Assembly: GCA_051294905.1 (NCBI GenBank)
Contig: CM119372.1
Coordinates: 12,030,001-12,094,000, forward strand
Direction: 5' to 3'
DNA from: Botryllus schlosseri
Taxonomy: Eukaryota
DNA length: 64,000 bases
The notes beneath the pieces are model-generated. The model was given only the letters and a program-made list of their open reading frames with translations, was not told the origin of the DNA and did no database searches. Positions 51,330-63,457 of this stretch are shown piece by piece; position 1 is the first letter of the stretch, and each line of letters starts with the position of its first letter. The position numbers and the translations under genes are program-made.

Positions 51330-51490
51330 AGGGTCCTCCTCGCCATGTGATCCGCAAACGCGGTGTCTTACAAAAAGCTTGGAAGTGGGTCGTGCTACAA
51401 GTCGGCAAATACGGAATAAAAATGAAGCATATCGGCCTGCTGTAAATGATCATTGTCGTCGACAAACACAACGAATACCACAAAAAAAAA
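51330..51490 (+). mobile_element. 5'-truncated SINE copy
   Basis: CTCCTCGCCA...GCGGTGTCTTACAAAAAGC...GACAAACACAACGAATACCACAAAAAAAA. Confidence 0.8.
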
Positions 51491-51534
51491 CTCCAGAGTT
51501 CTAGCTATCCCTGGGTCTGTATCTGACCTGCGAC

Positions 51535-52441
51535 TAGGGCTGGGCAGTGGGCACAATGATTCGAGTACTCGAATCTGAGTCGAGTATTAATTTTGATGAG
51601 TCGAGTCGAGTAGTAAAATATAGGGCTGGGCATAATGATTCGAGTACTCGAATCTGAATCGAGTATTAATTCTAATGATTCGAGTCGAGTAGTAAAAGAC
51701 TAATTTTTCGAGTACTGATAATATACGCTCCTCGCAACTAAAAGTTAATTTACTAACGATAATTATAGTGTTGATACTATTTTCCACTGACGAAGCCTTA
51801 AAACCTTGATTGGCCGTGTCGCACCATACCAGACATAGTGTAAAGCGACGAAATAAAAGCAGCCACGGCATAAAAAGTACATATTTGAACTTCGACATAG
51901 TACATTCTGTTGTGACGTCATAATGAGTAATACTCGATTACTCGACTCGACTCGAAGCATATTACATGATTCAGAATCGAATCACTCAGGTACTCGATTT
52001 TGCCCAGCCCTAGTAAAATACTGTTTTTTCGAGTACTGAAATTATACGCTCCTCAGCACTGAAAGTTAATGTATCAACGAGAATTATAGTTTCGATACTC
52101 TTTTCCACTGTGGAAGCCTTGAAACCTTGATTAGCCGTATCGCAGCATACAAAACATGGTACAAAGCAACGAACGTAACAGGAAATCTGAAGTCATTGTC
52201 ATCCCACAACATGGTCACAAAGTACAATGAGATCGGTATGGTCGAAAAGCATTCAAGTATTTTTAATGTAATGGATAAGAGGCATTATATTAGTGGTGGC
52301 ATAAAAGGTACATATTTGAAATTTGACATATTACCTTCTTTTGTGACGTCATAACGTATGATACTCGAATACTGAGCTCGACATAGCATAATACGTGATT
52401 CAGAATCGAATCACTCAGGTACTCGATATTGCCCAGCCCTA
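51535..52441. mobile_element. Ac-type hAT MITE with ACTCG repeats, outer copy
   Basis: TIR TAGGGCTGGGCA, TSD CCTGCGAC/CTTGCGAC. Confidence 0.88.
51621..52012. mobile_element. Same-family MITE inserted into the outer copy
   Basis: TIR TAGGGCTGGGCA and perfect TSD GTAAAATA. Confidence 0.9.
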
Positions 52442-53092
52442 CTTGCGACCGAAATTGAGATTGACATGGCGGACCTAAAGTCGATTCTCGGTATCCTGAA
52501 ACTACGAAATTCGAAATAAATGTGATTCTGATGGTGTTTCTGCCTCAGGATATACCAATGAAATATTTTAGCTACAATGCAGTTTTAAGGCATTGCGACT
52601 AGTTATCGTATACAAATCTATGCTAGCTGTACACCTAGGCCAAAAATTCCTTGGTCTTCGTTGACTCGCGGATTGTAAATATGAATATGGAATATGGATG
52701 TATGTATGATTACGAAATACTGTAAAGTGCGAACCATCGATATATTCGCGATAAAATTTACAAAACGTATTATAAGTTGGTATGATTTGCTCATGTTCAT
52801 TAGTAACCAAAAAATCATCCAGTGTGGCCATTAGTTGCCGTGCAGAAAATGAAGAAAGCGTAAAATTTACACAATAACATTTACGATATTTCTCTCACGT
52901 ATAACCATCAACAATCACTCCACGGTCAAACCAGAATGCTGAGAGAATTACGTCATTCTAGTTAGTTATATGCGTAGGAAGGGAGAGAAGCCTAGATTAT
53001 GCGGTAGTGTCTGTGATTTCCCAAACATATCTTACGGGCGCCTTAAGAACTACTCTACTGCAACTGAACTCTGGCGATACATTCAGTAAATT

Positions 53093-56000
53093 ATGGATTC
53101 TTATTCTGGCACCAACCAGACTTCTGGATCAAATGAAACAGTGGACGACCTGATCAAGAACATTGGGATATCAATCGGGATCGTTGACATATGCCTGGGA
53201 AGCGTTGGCAATATCAGCACTATCTTTGCTATAATAGGAAATCGAAAGCTACGGAGCGCATTTTACATGCTGATCGTAAATTTGTGCTTTATTGATTTCG
53301 CCACTGCAACTTTCATGATGCCATTCAACGTAGCTTCTTACATACAAGGGGTGAGTAAGTTCGCATTACTACATATTGTACAGCATGTTTTCATTGTAAG
53401 GCCAATATTCATCGGTAAATCTCATCGAACTGCTGACAGTGCTGATTACACCTATGGTTATTTGATTGTTCCGATTTTAGCTAATACTCGTATGAACATT
53501 TGTTTTAGCCTAGCTGACTTCACCCAGCGTTTTGAAATATGTTGTAGTTGTAGAATTCGTGTTGAGGGCACAGAAAAAGTGACCTAGCGGCGATAGGCGC
53601 CACTTTTATTTCAATTTACAAAGTAAATAATATGAATCATAGTTTTTGACTTATATATAGTCAGGGCCGTAACAGCACTTCGTCAGCCCCCCCCCCCCCA
53701 AAAAAAAACGTTGGTCTTGGGCCCCCCAAAGGGCGATAAACCGCCCCCCAGACCCCCCTCAGGCTGTATGCGATTTACCGCTACTTATCATCTACATGTG
53801 TGGGTTTGTTGAGTCCGCCTATCCCGCCTAAACGCGACAAATTTATGGAATTCATGAATAAATCGGTCAATATCATATGGAATTGCATATATATGGCTAT
53901 CAATTTTTATCCTCTCTCTGCTCACGTAATCTGATTTAACCGTAGAGCTGAGTGAGGTGTGTTTGAAAAGGTAGGACCCCTCCATAATAATTAAACATCT
54001 CCTCGTGTAGGCTATACCCGTTGGCAGAAACGAAACAAAAAAATTGCGTCTTGGGCTCTCATTGGGTGATAAACTGACCCCCCATCACATTGTTCGCTTT
54101 TGCCACGAAATTATAGATAGACGAACCGTTCAGTGAGCCATCGCGAAGCGCGAAAATCGTCGATAATTCTTGATAAAAATCGTCAATAAGAACGGGAATT
54201 GCATAGATATTCCTAGCAATTTCTTGTCCTCTCTGCTCACGTATTAAGATTTACCGGTAGAGCTGAGTGAGGTGTATTTGAACTGTAGAGCCCGTAAATA
54301 ATAATTAAACATCTTCGGGCGGGCGGACCCGTTGGTATGACTTCGTTACATGACGTTATTTCGTCAAAAATATAGAATCGCCCAAGCGTACTAAACTAAA
54401 AGATCACGCGATTTCAAATTGGTATTTCTCCAGTGGCATATAATTTTTTGGTATTTTTATTCTGAGGCTCAGATCTTTAAGACAGGAACATTCGGCGCTA
54501 GTCATTTACGCGCCCATGGACAATTAAACCTATATGTATTTTGTATATATAACGCAGTTTTCGGTCAACATAAGTGCAGTCCTTTTTGGCCAAGGTTTTC
54601 TCGCTCCCGATCGTTCTGGCACACGTCTTGGAGTCGCATGTTGCATGGCCTGAAACTTTATATGTCTTGGTGCGTCGTGGCGCGGTAATGGCCAACGCTG
54701 AGATGCCCATTTCTACAAATCTTGTGTATTTTTTCTTGGGGCAAGAGAAGCTAATAATCAAGATATTTGGGAAATTGCAATCGCGCACAGCGCGAAAAAT
54801 TTTCAAAAAAGTTGCATAAATTTTCAAAAAATACTCTATAATTTATGCTTATTCCCAAAATAATTTTGGGCCCCCTTCGAGCTCGGGCCCCCCCAATTGG
54901 GGGGTTTGGGGTGCAGCAGTTACGGCCCTGTATATTGTTGATGCTACCAGAACGATGACGTCATTTCAAAACATAGTTTCGCATCTTTCGCACATAAAAG
55001 GAAATCACATCATTGCATCAGATACGACCCTGCCGTAGACGTGAAATTGAAATATAATGTACAAGTACAATATCTAGCGTAGCGCGTGTTCGGCAAAATT
55101 ACACCATAACTTGAGATGAAGAGAGGCAACCTGAATATACCGTTTTATACTTTACGGCAGTGGTTCTCAAACACTCTGATGGCGCAAAACGAGTCAACAT
55201 TTACAATCGCTGCTACCAGTCAATCCACGAAGAACACAGCTTTCTAAAAATCACTAACAAATTACGTAGCTGGTTATGCATTACGAAATTTTTCAACAGT
55301 AGCCGCTATTCGTGTATCATAAGCAGTGATTCCCAACCGCGGCTCTGATTGACCTCTGAGTATGCCACAAAATATAATAAACAGTTATTTGTTTGATGAA
55401 TAGTTATTTAGTCAATTTCTGTGAAATGAAGGCTAAGTAATGTAATGGATCTAATGTAACGGATATTAGTTATGCCTAAAGCTGCCCAAGACCGCTTCTG
55501 AAAACCGGAAAAGATCATTATTGCATACTAGCGTTCAACGCATGGATGAATACCCGTCAGACAAGGACATATCTTGCGTTCTGCTGGTCATAGATCGTCT
55601 CAGTGAAGAGTAAATTTCGACACAATTTTACTAACATCAAAATAACAACTCGTAGTCAAGTATAAATTGCAATAAGTCCAATATTACTCAGCGTATTCCC
55701 CCTCAAAATTGTACATTAATTGCAGGGATGTAAAAAGAGCTACCGCGTAACGACATATCAGTATGTTGTTTGATATGCATTTTCAGGTCATTTCAATGCA
55801 TAGCACTCGCCAATATGCGTCTATCAATGCTAAAATATCCGATATAGAATCTATAGAAGTCTATGTGCAATCACTGCAATGTGCATTGTGCATGCTTTTA
55901 AATTAGCAGGATGGCGGATCCAGAGGTAGGCTAGCAGCCCTCAAATTTCCATCATTTCAATACACCATAAGACTGCGATACAATAAAAGATAGGAAGGTG

Positions 56001-59000
56001 TCGAAACGACTAGGAGTAGTCTTTGAAATCAGACACCCACCTGGCCTACACGGTGTAAAAAAGGATGTGCAATGAATGAAAAGTAAAAGAAGATAATATA
56101 AAAGGACATGTAACAAAAGGGTGGCATGTGTCGGAAGGCTAGATCGATATGTCAGGTCGTGGTCCGGTAGACTATAAAGAGGATTAACTATAGTATTTAT
56201 TCAGTACAAATTGTTTGTATTTCGACTTGAATGTGGATAGGAATTGCTCGATGACTGTCGGATAGCCGGCGAGATACTGTTTCACAAATCAGGTCCGGCA
56301 TATTTGATAGAGCGATGATCTTTTCGTCTACCACAGAGGTCTCAAACTCAAATGTGCTCGCGGGCCAATTTTCCAGTTTTGTCGACTCCGAGGGCCGCAG
56401 CATTATTAGGGGTATATATTCCATGTCTTTCGAAGTAGGCCTCATTCGACGGGATGAAATTGTCCTATTGAAAGTGAGCCGAGCTGACATTCAACACACA
56501 TCATAAAAATGTGATTCAATTTTGTATCGATTTAGGCCCGGCATCAAAAAAATCATTACAATTATAACTATTTGAATACAAGTCTTGTTGTACAAGCTCA
56601 TGCTCAAATACCTTCGAATATTGGAGCATAAATATAACAATATAAATATTATAATGAAGGTGTCATAGTTATAGAAATGTCGCAAAGCCGAACAACCCAT
56701 TGTTGTGACATCGTTGAAGCGAACCACTACGGTACTCGGTACCTTCAAGTGGCCTAATAACATGGTTTAGCGACCCAAGATGTAAATAACGGATTGCCAA
56801 TGGTTGCCGTAACTACTCGCTTAGTTAGAGAAATACCAAGCTGTGACCTTCTGATATATTTTACTATGCCCATGATACGCGAATAGTTTGTTGCGTCCAT
56901 GGTTTTAACCAATTCACGGCTTTCCGAGTCACTTCGAGTCCACTCGGGTCATTTTCATTTGACCATCGAGTCAGCCCGAGTCCGATTAATTCTAATAAAG
57001 ATCGCGTCCAAGTCTAACTCATAAATTTCATTCAAGAATAGTCTAAGCATATAGTCCCACGAATCGTCTAAGCATAATGTTGCAAACGACTATCGTCTAT
57101 CGGTCAGGGTTTACCATCATGAATTGGAAACGTGGCGAAAGAGTGATATTCAACTGCATGGTCGCGGATAGTGAAGTTTGATGAATAGTTTCAGGCTTTC
57201 GGAGCAATTTGAGAGGGAATTTTAACCTTAAAACTTGAAAATATAGATGTGGCACTTATTTATTGTAAAATTATTGAAAATGTAAAATGTTGTCGCGGGC
57301 CGCACAAAATGCTCTGGCGGGCCGCATGCGGCCCGCGGGCCGCGTGTTTGAGACCTCTGGTCTACCATATGGTAGTTGGACGAGGTGGACGCGCGAGTGT
57401 CGTATACTTATGCACTTTTGATACCGAGGTAAAGAAGTTATTGAAGCTATCGGGGCAGTGGCCGCAGTGGAACTGATACATAAACTTCGCAATTTCTAGT
57501 TTCCGCATATCTTTTATGCTTATGACACCGAATCTTTTGGGCAGTCATTTGTTGGACACACACTCTGGTCCCTTGCGGTCCTCATGTGCGAATGCGTGCT
57601 GTCAGTTTCAATTTCTGAGGCATATATCACCGCCACTAGTCGTAATCAAAGAGAATGGTCCAACCCTATTCTCATTCGGTCTTCCATTTTTATTCTCATT
57701 TTATCAACATTGAGGCACGGCCCACGAGGTGACAACTTTAGTAACGACAATAGCTCGTCATGAAGACGTCTAATTCCTATCTGAGTATTTGATTCAACCT
57801 CGTCAGTCTCAAACATACATTCCGTATTAAACATATGAACCTCATGTAATATGATGTCCGGGACAAATCGTCGGCTTGTTTATGTGTTATTCATACAACG
57901 TAAATGATGTCTGGTTAACTCCGTTAAGAGATCGCTTTGTCAGGGCTCGGTAAACTACTCGGATTGCAGAAAAGCATACACGCAATGACCGCTGTATTAT
58001 GTTTTACTAATTTATTCATTTAAATAGGCCTTTAGAAGTACAGAACTTCAATATTGCAAAAAGCAAAATGTTCATCTTGCCAAATTTATTTCACTCGAAG
58101 CTTTTCGCGACTCCGTGTACTGTCAATATTACGTCACGTCATCGTTACACGTTATTGTGACTTGACTGTGGTTAATCGCATTTACTGACGTTCGCTCCTG
58201 ATGAGAATCAATTGAAAAGCTTCGAGTGGAATAAATTTGACAATATGAACGTATTGTTTGTTGTAATACCTTTATCGATTCAGAACAACAGGCTTCGAAG
58301 CGACTTAAAATCCATCAATCATGAAACTTGTGCAACTCTCCCTAATTGACAGTGATGACAAGGAAAGCAGATTTATGTAGTTGGACCTGACTGATCAGAG
58401 CAAATGTAAATGGTTCTATCGACATTCGCGTAAGTCATCTGGTGAATTTTAACTTGAGAATTTTCTCGCAAACACGTTCGCTCATGCGCAACTTATAGGG
58501 GTAACATAAGGTTTAGTTTAGACCCTTGTTTGAACTTGATTTCCCAATTTCGGGTACGGAAGGTATTCGGTAGTGTTTACGCGTGCAACAAAGTTTAGAA
58601 ATTCCTGAATGCTGATCCTGAAGCGATGCTAATGTATTTCTCGTTAATTTACTACAAACTGAAAGTCTTGGAAGGATAGCGTTGTGGAACAATTGCGTTC
58701 AAAACTGCAACAACGAGCTTTTCCTTAAAATGAATGTCTTATACCTAGAGGTGGTCAGTGATCAGTAACGAAAAGTACTTCTACTTTTACAGAGTACTCA
58801 AGTTGGTTTGTCTACTTGCACTACTTTCTCAAGTGGTTACCTTTTGGGACTAATTTCACTTTTCCGACAAAACTAAGTGCTTTCTAGAATTTTTAATTGG
58901 TAAAGTATAAGGTAGTTTGAGATATGGTTCCAGCACATTCATTAGTGATTTTGTCATAACGACGGATTGAGATATCTTGTGCATTACTGTGCCTATCTAA

Positions 59001-62000
59001 ATAAATGTTGCGAAGATTGCACCGATATTTGTTGTGGCAGCAGTCATTTTGCGTTAGCCGCAACGATGCATCCTGCAATTTCAAAATCAGCCACCTTGGA
59101 TTCGATCGGCTTACTTCTGCTCTGAAATCATTTGGTATCGACAATGGCGTGGACAGGAAGGCAGCAAGCCTAGTACTCGCATAATACCCTTAAAATCCAG
59201 GGCTGTGGAGTCGGCGTCGGAATCGTAGTTTCGTTAAATGTTTAATTGTTGGAGTCGGAGTCGTAGTCACAGAATATCTGTTGCACTCCTTGTAGTCGGA
59301 GTTTGTCAAAATGCTGTGACTCCGACTCCGGCTCCAGGTACTTGAAAATCGAACCAAATGTTACCGCAAAGCGCGGTTGCAGTTGCAGAAGTCATCAAGT
59401 TTTCAGGTTTTCAGGCCACAAAGTTATTATTATTATTCTAATTATGGAAATAAGTGGCGCTTTCTACCGATGATGGTTATTTGCGGCACGCTCAGTATAT
59501 ACTCAATGAAACGATCGGAAAAGGCAATAGATAGATCTAGAGAAACAATTCGCAGGAGAGAATAAATTTTATAACTGGTAGTTAGGCAATGGAAGGTCAA
59601 TATGTTTTGTAAAGAGAAAGCAACGTTTTCATTGGCACAATGATCAATCAAAAAGCGGCGCTGAAATTCAAATTTACGACATCTCATTAGTAAATGCGAA
59701 ACAGTGTCCGGGACGCAGCAGAAGGAACACAAGGGGGAGTCGACATATCCAATCTTGAATAAGTGGGAGTTAAGACGGCAATGACCTGACCGAAGACGAA
59801 ATAGTATTCTATCATAATCACGATTGTTCGTGTCCGGGAGACGGTTGAATATTGTTTTTGAAGCTGTTTATAGCGAGCTCCTTTTTGGTCACGGGGGTGG
59901 CCACGTTTTCGGGCCATCACAAAGTTAATTTCTTTCTGTGATTACAGTTGTCAAAGTTTATGTGAACCATACATTTCTAAAATGTAATAGAGGTATATAA
60001 TTTTCCAAGTATATTTACAGGAATGCCGGAGTTGGAGTTGAAATCGGAGTCACATTACAGAAATTTGACGTCACGCCAAGTTTGTGCTCGCACTAACAGG
60101 GCTATTTATGGGTTCGCGCCATCCCTAAATCGTATTCTTATGTTTTTAGAGATGGGTTTTCGGAGACGATCATATCACTTGCTCTATTCAAGCCTTCTTT
60201 TATTATTGCTGCGGATATTCATCAGTAGTTTGCCTCCTCGCGATCACAATAAACAGGTATCTTCAATGCTCGAGATTTTAGCGTGTCCTAACCGTCTAAC
60301 TTTTATTGGAAACGATGCTTTGCAGACACCGATGTACTTTCATTTTTGGCAAACGCTCTCGCGTACAGAAATAATTAAGATCAACACAACAATTCCCTAA
60401 TTATTCTTCAAGTCTATACACAACCTACATCAGACATGCGAACCATACGACCTGCGCGGCTGATTGGAACCGCGATCGAAATTGGGTTTGGCATGACTGA
60501 TCTACAGAGTATTTCTTCAAGCAGAGATGACCGGATCTATAGTATCATATTGAAATCCCCAATGAAATTCCCGTCATGCCCAGATCCAATTCCATGTTAC
60601 CCGCCACTGGCTAAAATTCGCCAAAAATAGAACATGCAGAATTATGCCTATATGGAAATCAATTGCCAATTCCAAATTTGGTTTGGTGAAATACCTATAG
60701 AGGTCAATTCAAATTCAAATAATTAAAAAGACGATTACTAATTCAACAAAACCAAGATTGCAACGCTGTACGAATCGTGACCAGTATCAGTTTATTAATA
60801 TTTTCATCCTTTCAAAACTATGTGGCTCGCCAGACGGTTTTATCCGAAAAAAATGCGTGTATTATCGAGCACAATTCTAACAATTGTTGGGATTTTTAGT
60901 AAGAAATACTTCCATTAAATAAGCCATCACGACAGCAAATGTAGAGTATGATCGTAGGCCACATTATAACCATCCGACAGCGGTGTTGTGGTTTCACTCT
61001 AGTCACCATTAGGAACAAGTCGCTCACATTGACACCGAGGCAAAAAAGTGCACACAGAGGTCAGGGTTTTATGGAAAAACGGACCCTAAACTAGTTATTG
61101 ACAGAAGCGAAAACGCCAATGCAAAAACATTATAAGTAGGTTATATGGAGAATATAATAGTTACACTGAATTAAATTGAAATATCTGTGGTAAGCTCTCG
61201 TATTCCCCACAACGCGAACGCAGGGCTTACGCCAGTATACGACTAAAAGAAAGGGAGCAATGACAACTTACATCATTGTCAGAGCCACTGTTCTAGCCGT
61301 TTATAACTATATTCAACCGCGTAATCGAATTATTGCCAAATCCATTGTTTGCGAATGTCGGTGTGGCTAAGAACCCCTATGATCCGCAATATAGCGTAAT
61401 ATACTACTGCTTATATAGACTTGACAATAAAGTATTCAAATAAAAAACAAGGGCATGGTTTTTGAAGTAATATTTAGGAATCAATTCACTTATGCGGCCG
61501 CGAGCGATCCAGAGATTTGAATCCGGCCCGCGATGCAAGTTGAGTTTGACACCTCTGGTGTACATTAATGTATCACTTCACTGAAAGGTAGGGTTGGAAT
61601 TGACAATCTGACGTCACGTGACGTCATGAGGTTCACGTTCGCGTTCACACAAAACCTCTCAAAAGGGTTCGCGTTCACACGAACCAGAACCTTTCAGAGG
61701 TTCATACCATCCCTAATGAATATGAATGACGCGTGTGTCGATAGCCGATAGGTGAGGCTGATATGTCAGATCGGGGCCCGGTAGTGTTGTGGGCTGGCTA
61801 TAGTATTCGTTCAGTAGAAGTGGCTTAACTTCAACTTGAATGTGGACATATTCGACTACTGTCGGATAGCCGGTGAGATGCTGATATACACTTAAGGTCC
61901 GCCATATACTTGATAAAGCGATACGTTTTCTTGTTTTCTTTCCTGGTGATATGGTATTTGTTCGTCTTTGGTCTACGGGAGAATGGAAATGTATTGCAAG

Positions 62001-63044
62001 TCCTATGCGGGGCTGTTCGGGTATAGATATTCTATTATACTTGATTCCGACTTCCAATTGAATTAGATGGAGAGATTTCCATGAATTACTACTTTTCCCG
62101 GTCACTTAAAGCTAGACGTGCAAAAATTATAGCGCAATCGTTTTATCTCTCGAGAATTTAGCTTTTACGCTAGACAGTAGATGAGAACATGCTAATGAAA
62201 CGAAAACTGAATTTTTTGAAATTTTCGTATTAAATTATTCATCGTAAACCCGAAATAGTCATTTTTGCATTCAATGTTTCTATATAATAGGTATATAGGA
62301 CTATCGTTATAGACACTCAGTCGCAGATACAACGCAGCTTTCCTGCCTGTGATCTGAAATTGCACACTTCGCAGAGGGCTTGGGGAGTTCAAATTTAATA
62401 CATCGGGGCTTAGGCTGATGCCATTGTCGCAGGAATTCTGCGCTTTGGGATCGATATAATTTTCCAAATTATTCAAAATGTTACCATCGAGACTTGCTAA
62501 TGAGTAAAAGTGCAAGAAATGTGCACCGATTAGAGATGGTGCCTGAGTACTAATTTAATCAATGTATTTAAAAATTCAAATGTATTCGAAATAAGTCTGC
62601 AGTGCTAATTCGATGTGTTTTTAGGTACATCGGAGTTCTTTTTCCAAATGTATATGATGACATATTCTCAAAGAAGAATCTTATTGCAATTGTAATATTT
62701 ACGTGGCTTCTTGCACCTGCTGTGATGGTAGTGATGTTCTTCATTGGAGATCCGCCTAATACTATAGGCTACGGTTGGATCAGTAAATTTTCCCTGTGCG
62801 TGATCAATATATCGCAAGGTGAAAATGAGTTGGTTTACCAATACATGATAGTAAGTAAATGGCAAAGCATGGTAAATGTCGATTCATTATTTCAGAATGA
62901 TATTTTGCAGTTCGTTCGGCTTTTATTTCAACTTTTCCCGTTGATCATCATGCTGATCATGTATACTCACATATTTGTATCAGTTCGGAAAAGTGGTCGC
63001 ACTGTCGCTAAAATGTCTCTAAAAAGTGCGGAGTCTGACACTGG
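53093..63044 (+). CDS. Class A GPCR, Moody/Tre1/GPR84 or melatonin-receptor-like (NRY motif), 5' partial covering TM1-TM5
   Basis: Exons 53093-53350 (N-glycosylation sequons NQT and NET, TM1 GN, TM2 NLCFIDF), 60150-60256 (RWVFGDDHITCSIQAFFYYCCGYSSVVCLLAITINR), 62625-62850 (YIGVLFPNVYDDIFSKK...FTW, ECL2 Cys), 62911-63044 (FPLIIMLIMYTHIF). All GT-AG and in phase. TM6-7 were not found and are presumably beyond the window. Confidence 0.88.
53662..54930. mobile_element. hAT-like non-autonomous element in GPCR intron 1
   Basis: TIR CAGGGCCGTAAC, TSD TATATAGT/TATATTGT, and an internal ~90-bp direct repeat at ~53910-54000 / ~54228-54315. Confidence 0.88.
56334..57359. mobile_element. Buster-type hAT MITE with GCGGGCC subterminal motifs
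   Basis: Perfect TIR CAGAGGTCTCAAAC and perfect TSD GTCTACCA. Confidence 0.93.
58025..58270. repeat. Palindromic MITE remnant
   Basis: GCCAAATTTATTTCACTCGAAGCTTTTC / GAAAAGCTTCGAGTGGAATAAATTTGAC inverted arms, homologous to 18790-18997. Confidence 0.7.
59427..59917 (-). mobile_element. 5'-truncated non-LTR retrotransposon (I/Nimb-like clade) ORF2 C-terminus
   Basis: ILFRLRSGHCRLNSHLFKIGYVDSPLCSFCCVPDTVSHLLMRCRKF (CCHC knuckle), (TAA)n tail, TSD CACAAAGTTA at 59417-59426 and 59918-59927. Confidence 0.9.
60820..61557. mobile_element. Buster-type hAT MITE related to 33104-33732, inverted orientation
   Basis: End GAGTTTGACACCTCTG. The body is reverse-complement homologous to 33104-33700. Confidence 0.72.
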
Positions 63045-63311
63045 GTAGGTATAGCATGCAGAATGCGTAACAGGTATATATTATGCATACTTACATATGG
63101 TAAGAATAGCACATAGAAGTGTAAAATTAGGATTAGGTTCCACAACTGTCTCCAGATATTTTTGGATTTACAACACACCTGGCCGGATTCCTATTTCAAA
63201 AGCGATGAATCTTTCGTTTCCTTTACTGAAATTATGGAGCCAAGCAACTGTTCAATATCACCAATTACCTTTCGCTTTTATATGATGACAAATTACGATA
63301 CTGTCATGCAG

Positions 63312-63457
63312 ACGCGCAGCCAGTCTGCCGCCGGCTGAATTGATCGAATTTGATATCAAATTTACCAAAAGGGGAATGAATTTATTACGGTTATCGCAAG
63401 CACCAATGCCGATAATACATCAATCGGGTCAGCTTCCTCGTGTTGACGAACTCGCAT
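63312..63457 (+). CDS. Possible further GPCR exon (intracellular loop 3)
   Basis: The TCATGCAG acceptor is phase-compatible with the donor at 63044. The frame RAASLPPAELIEFDIKF...VDELA is open and followed by GTATGA. No conserved motif confirms it. Confidence 0.35.
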
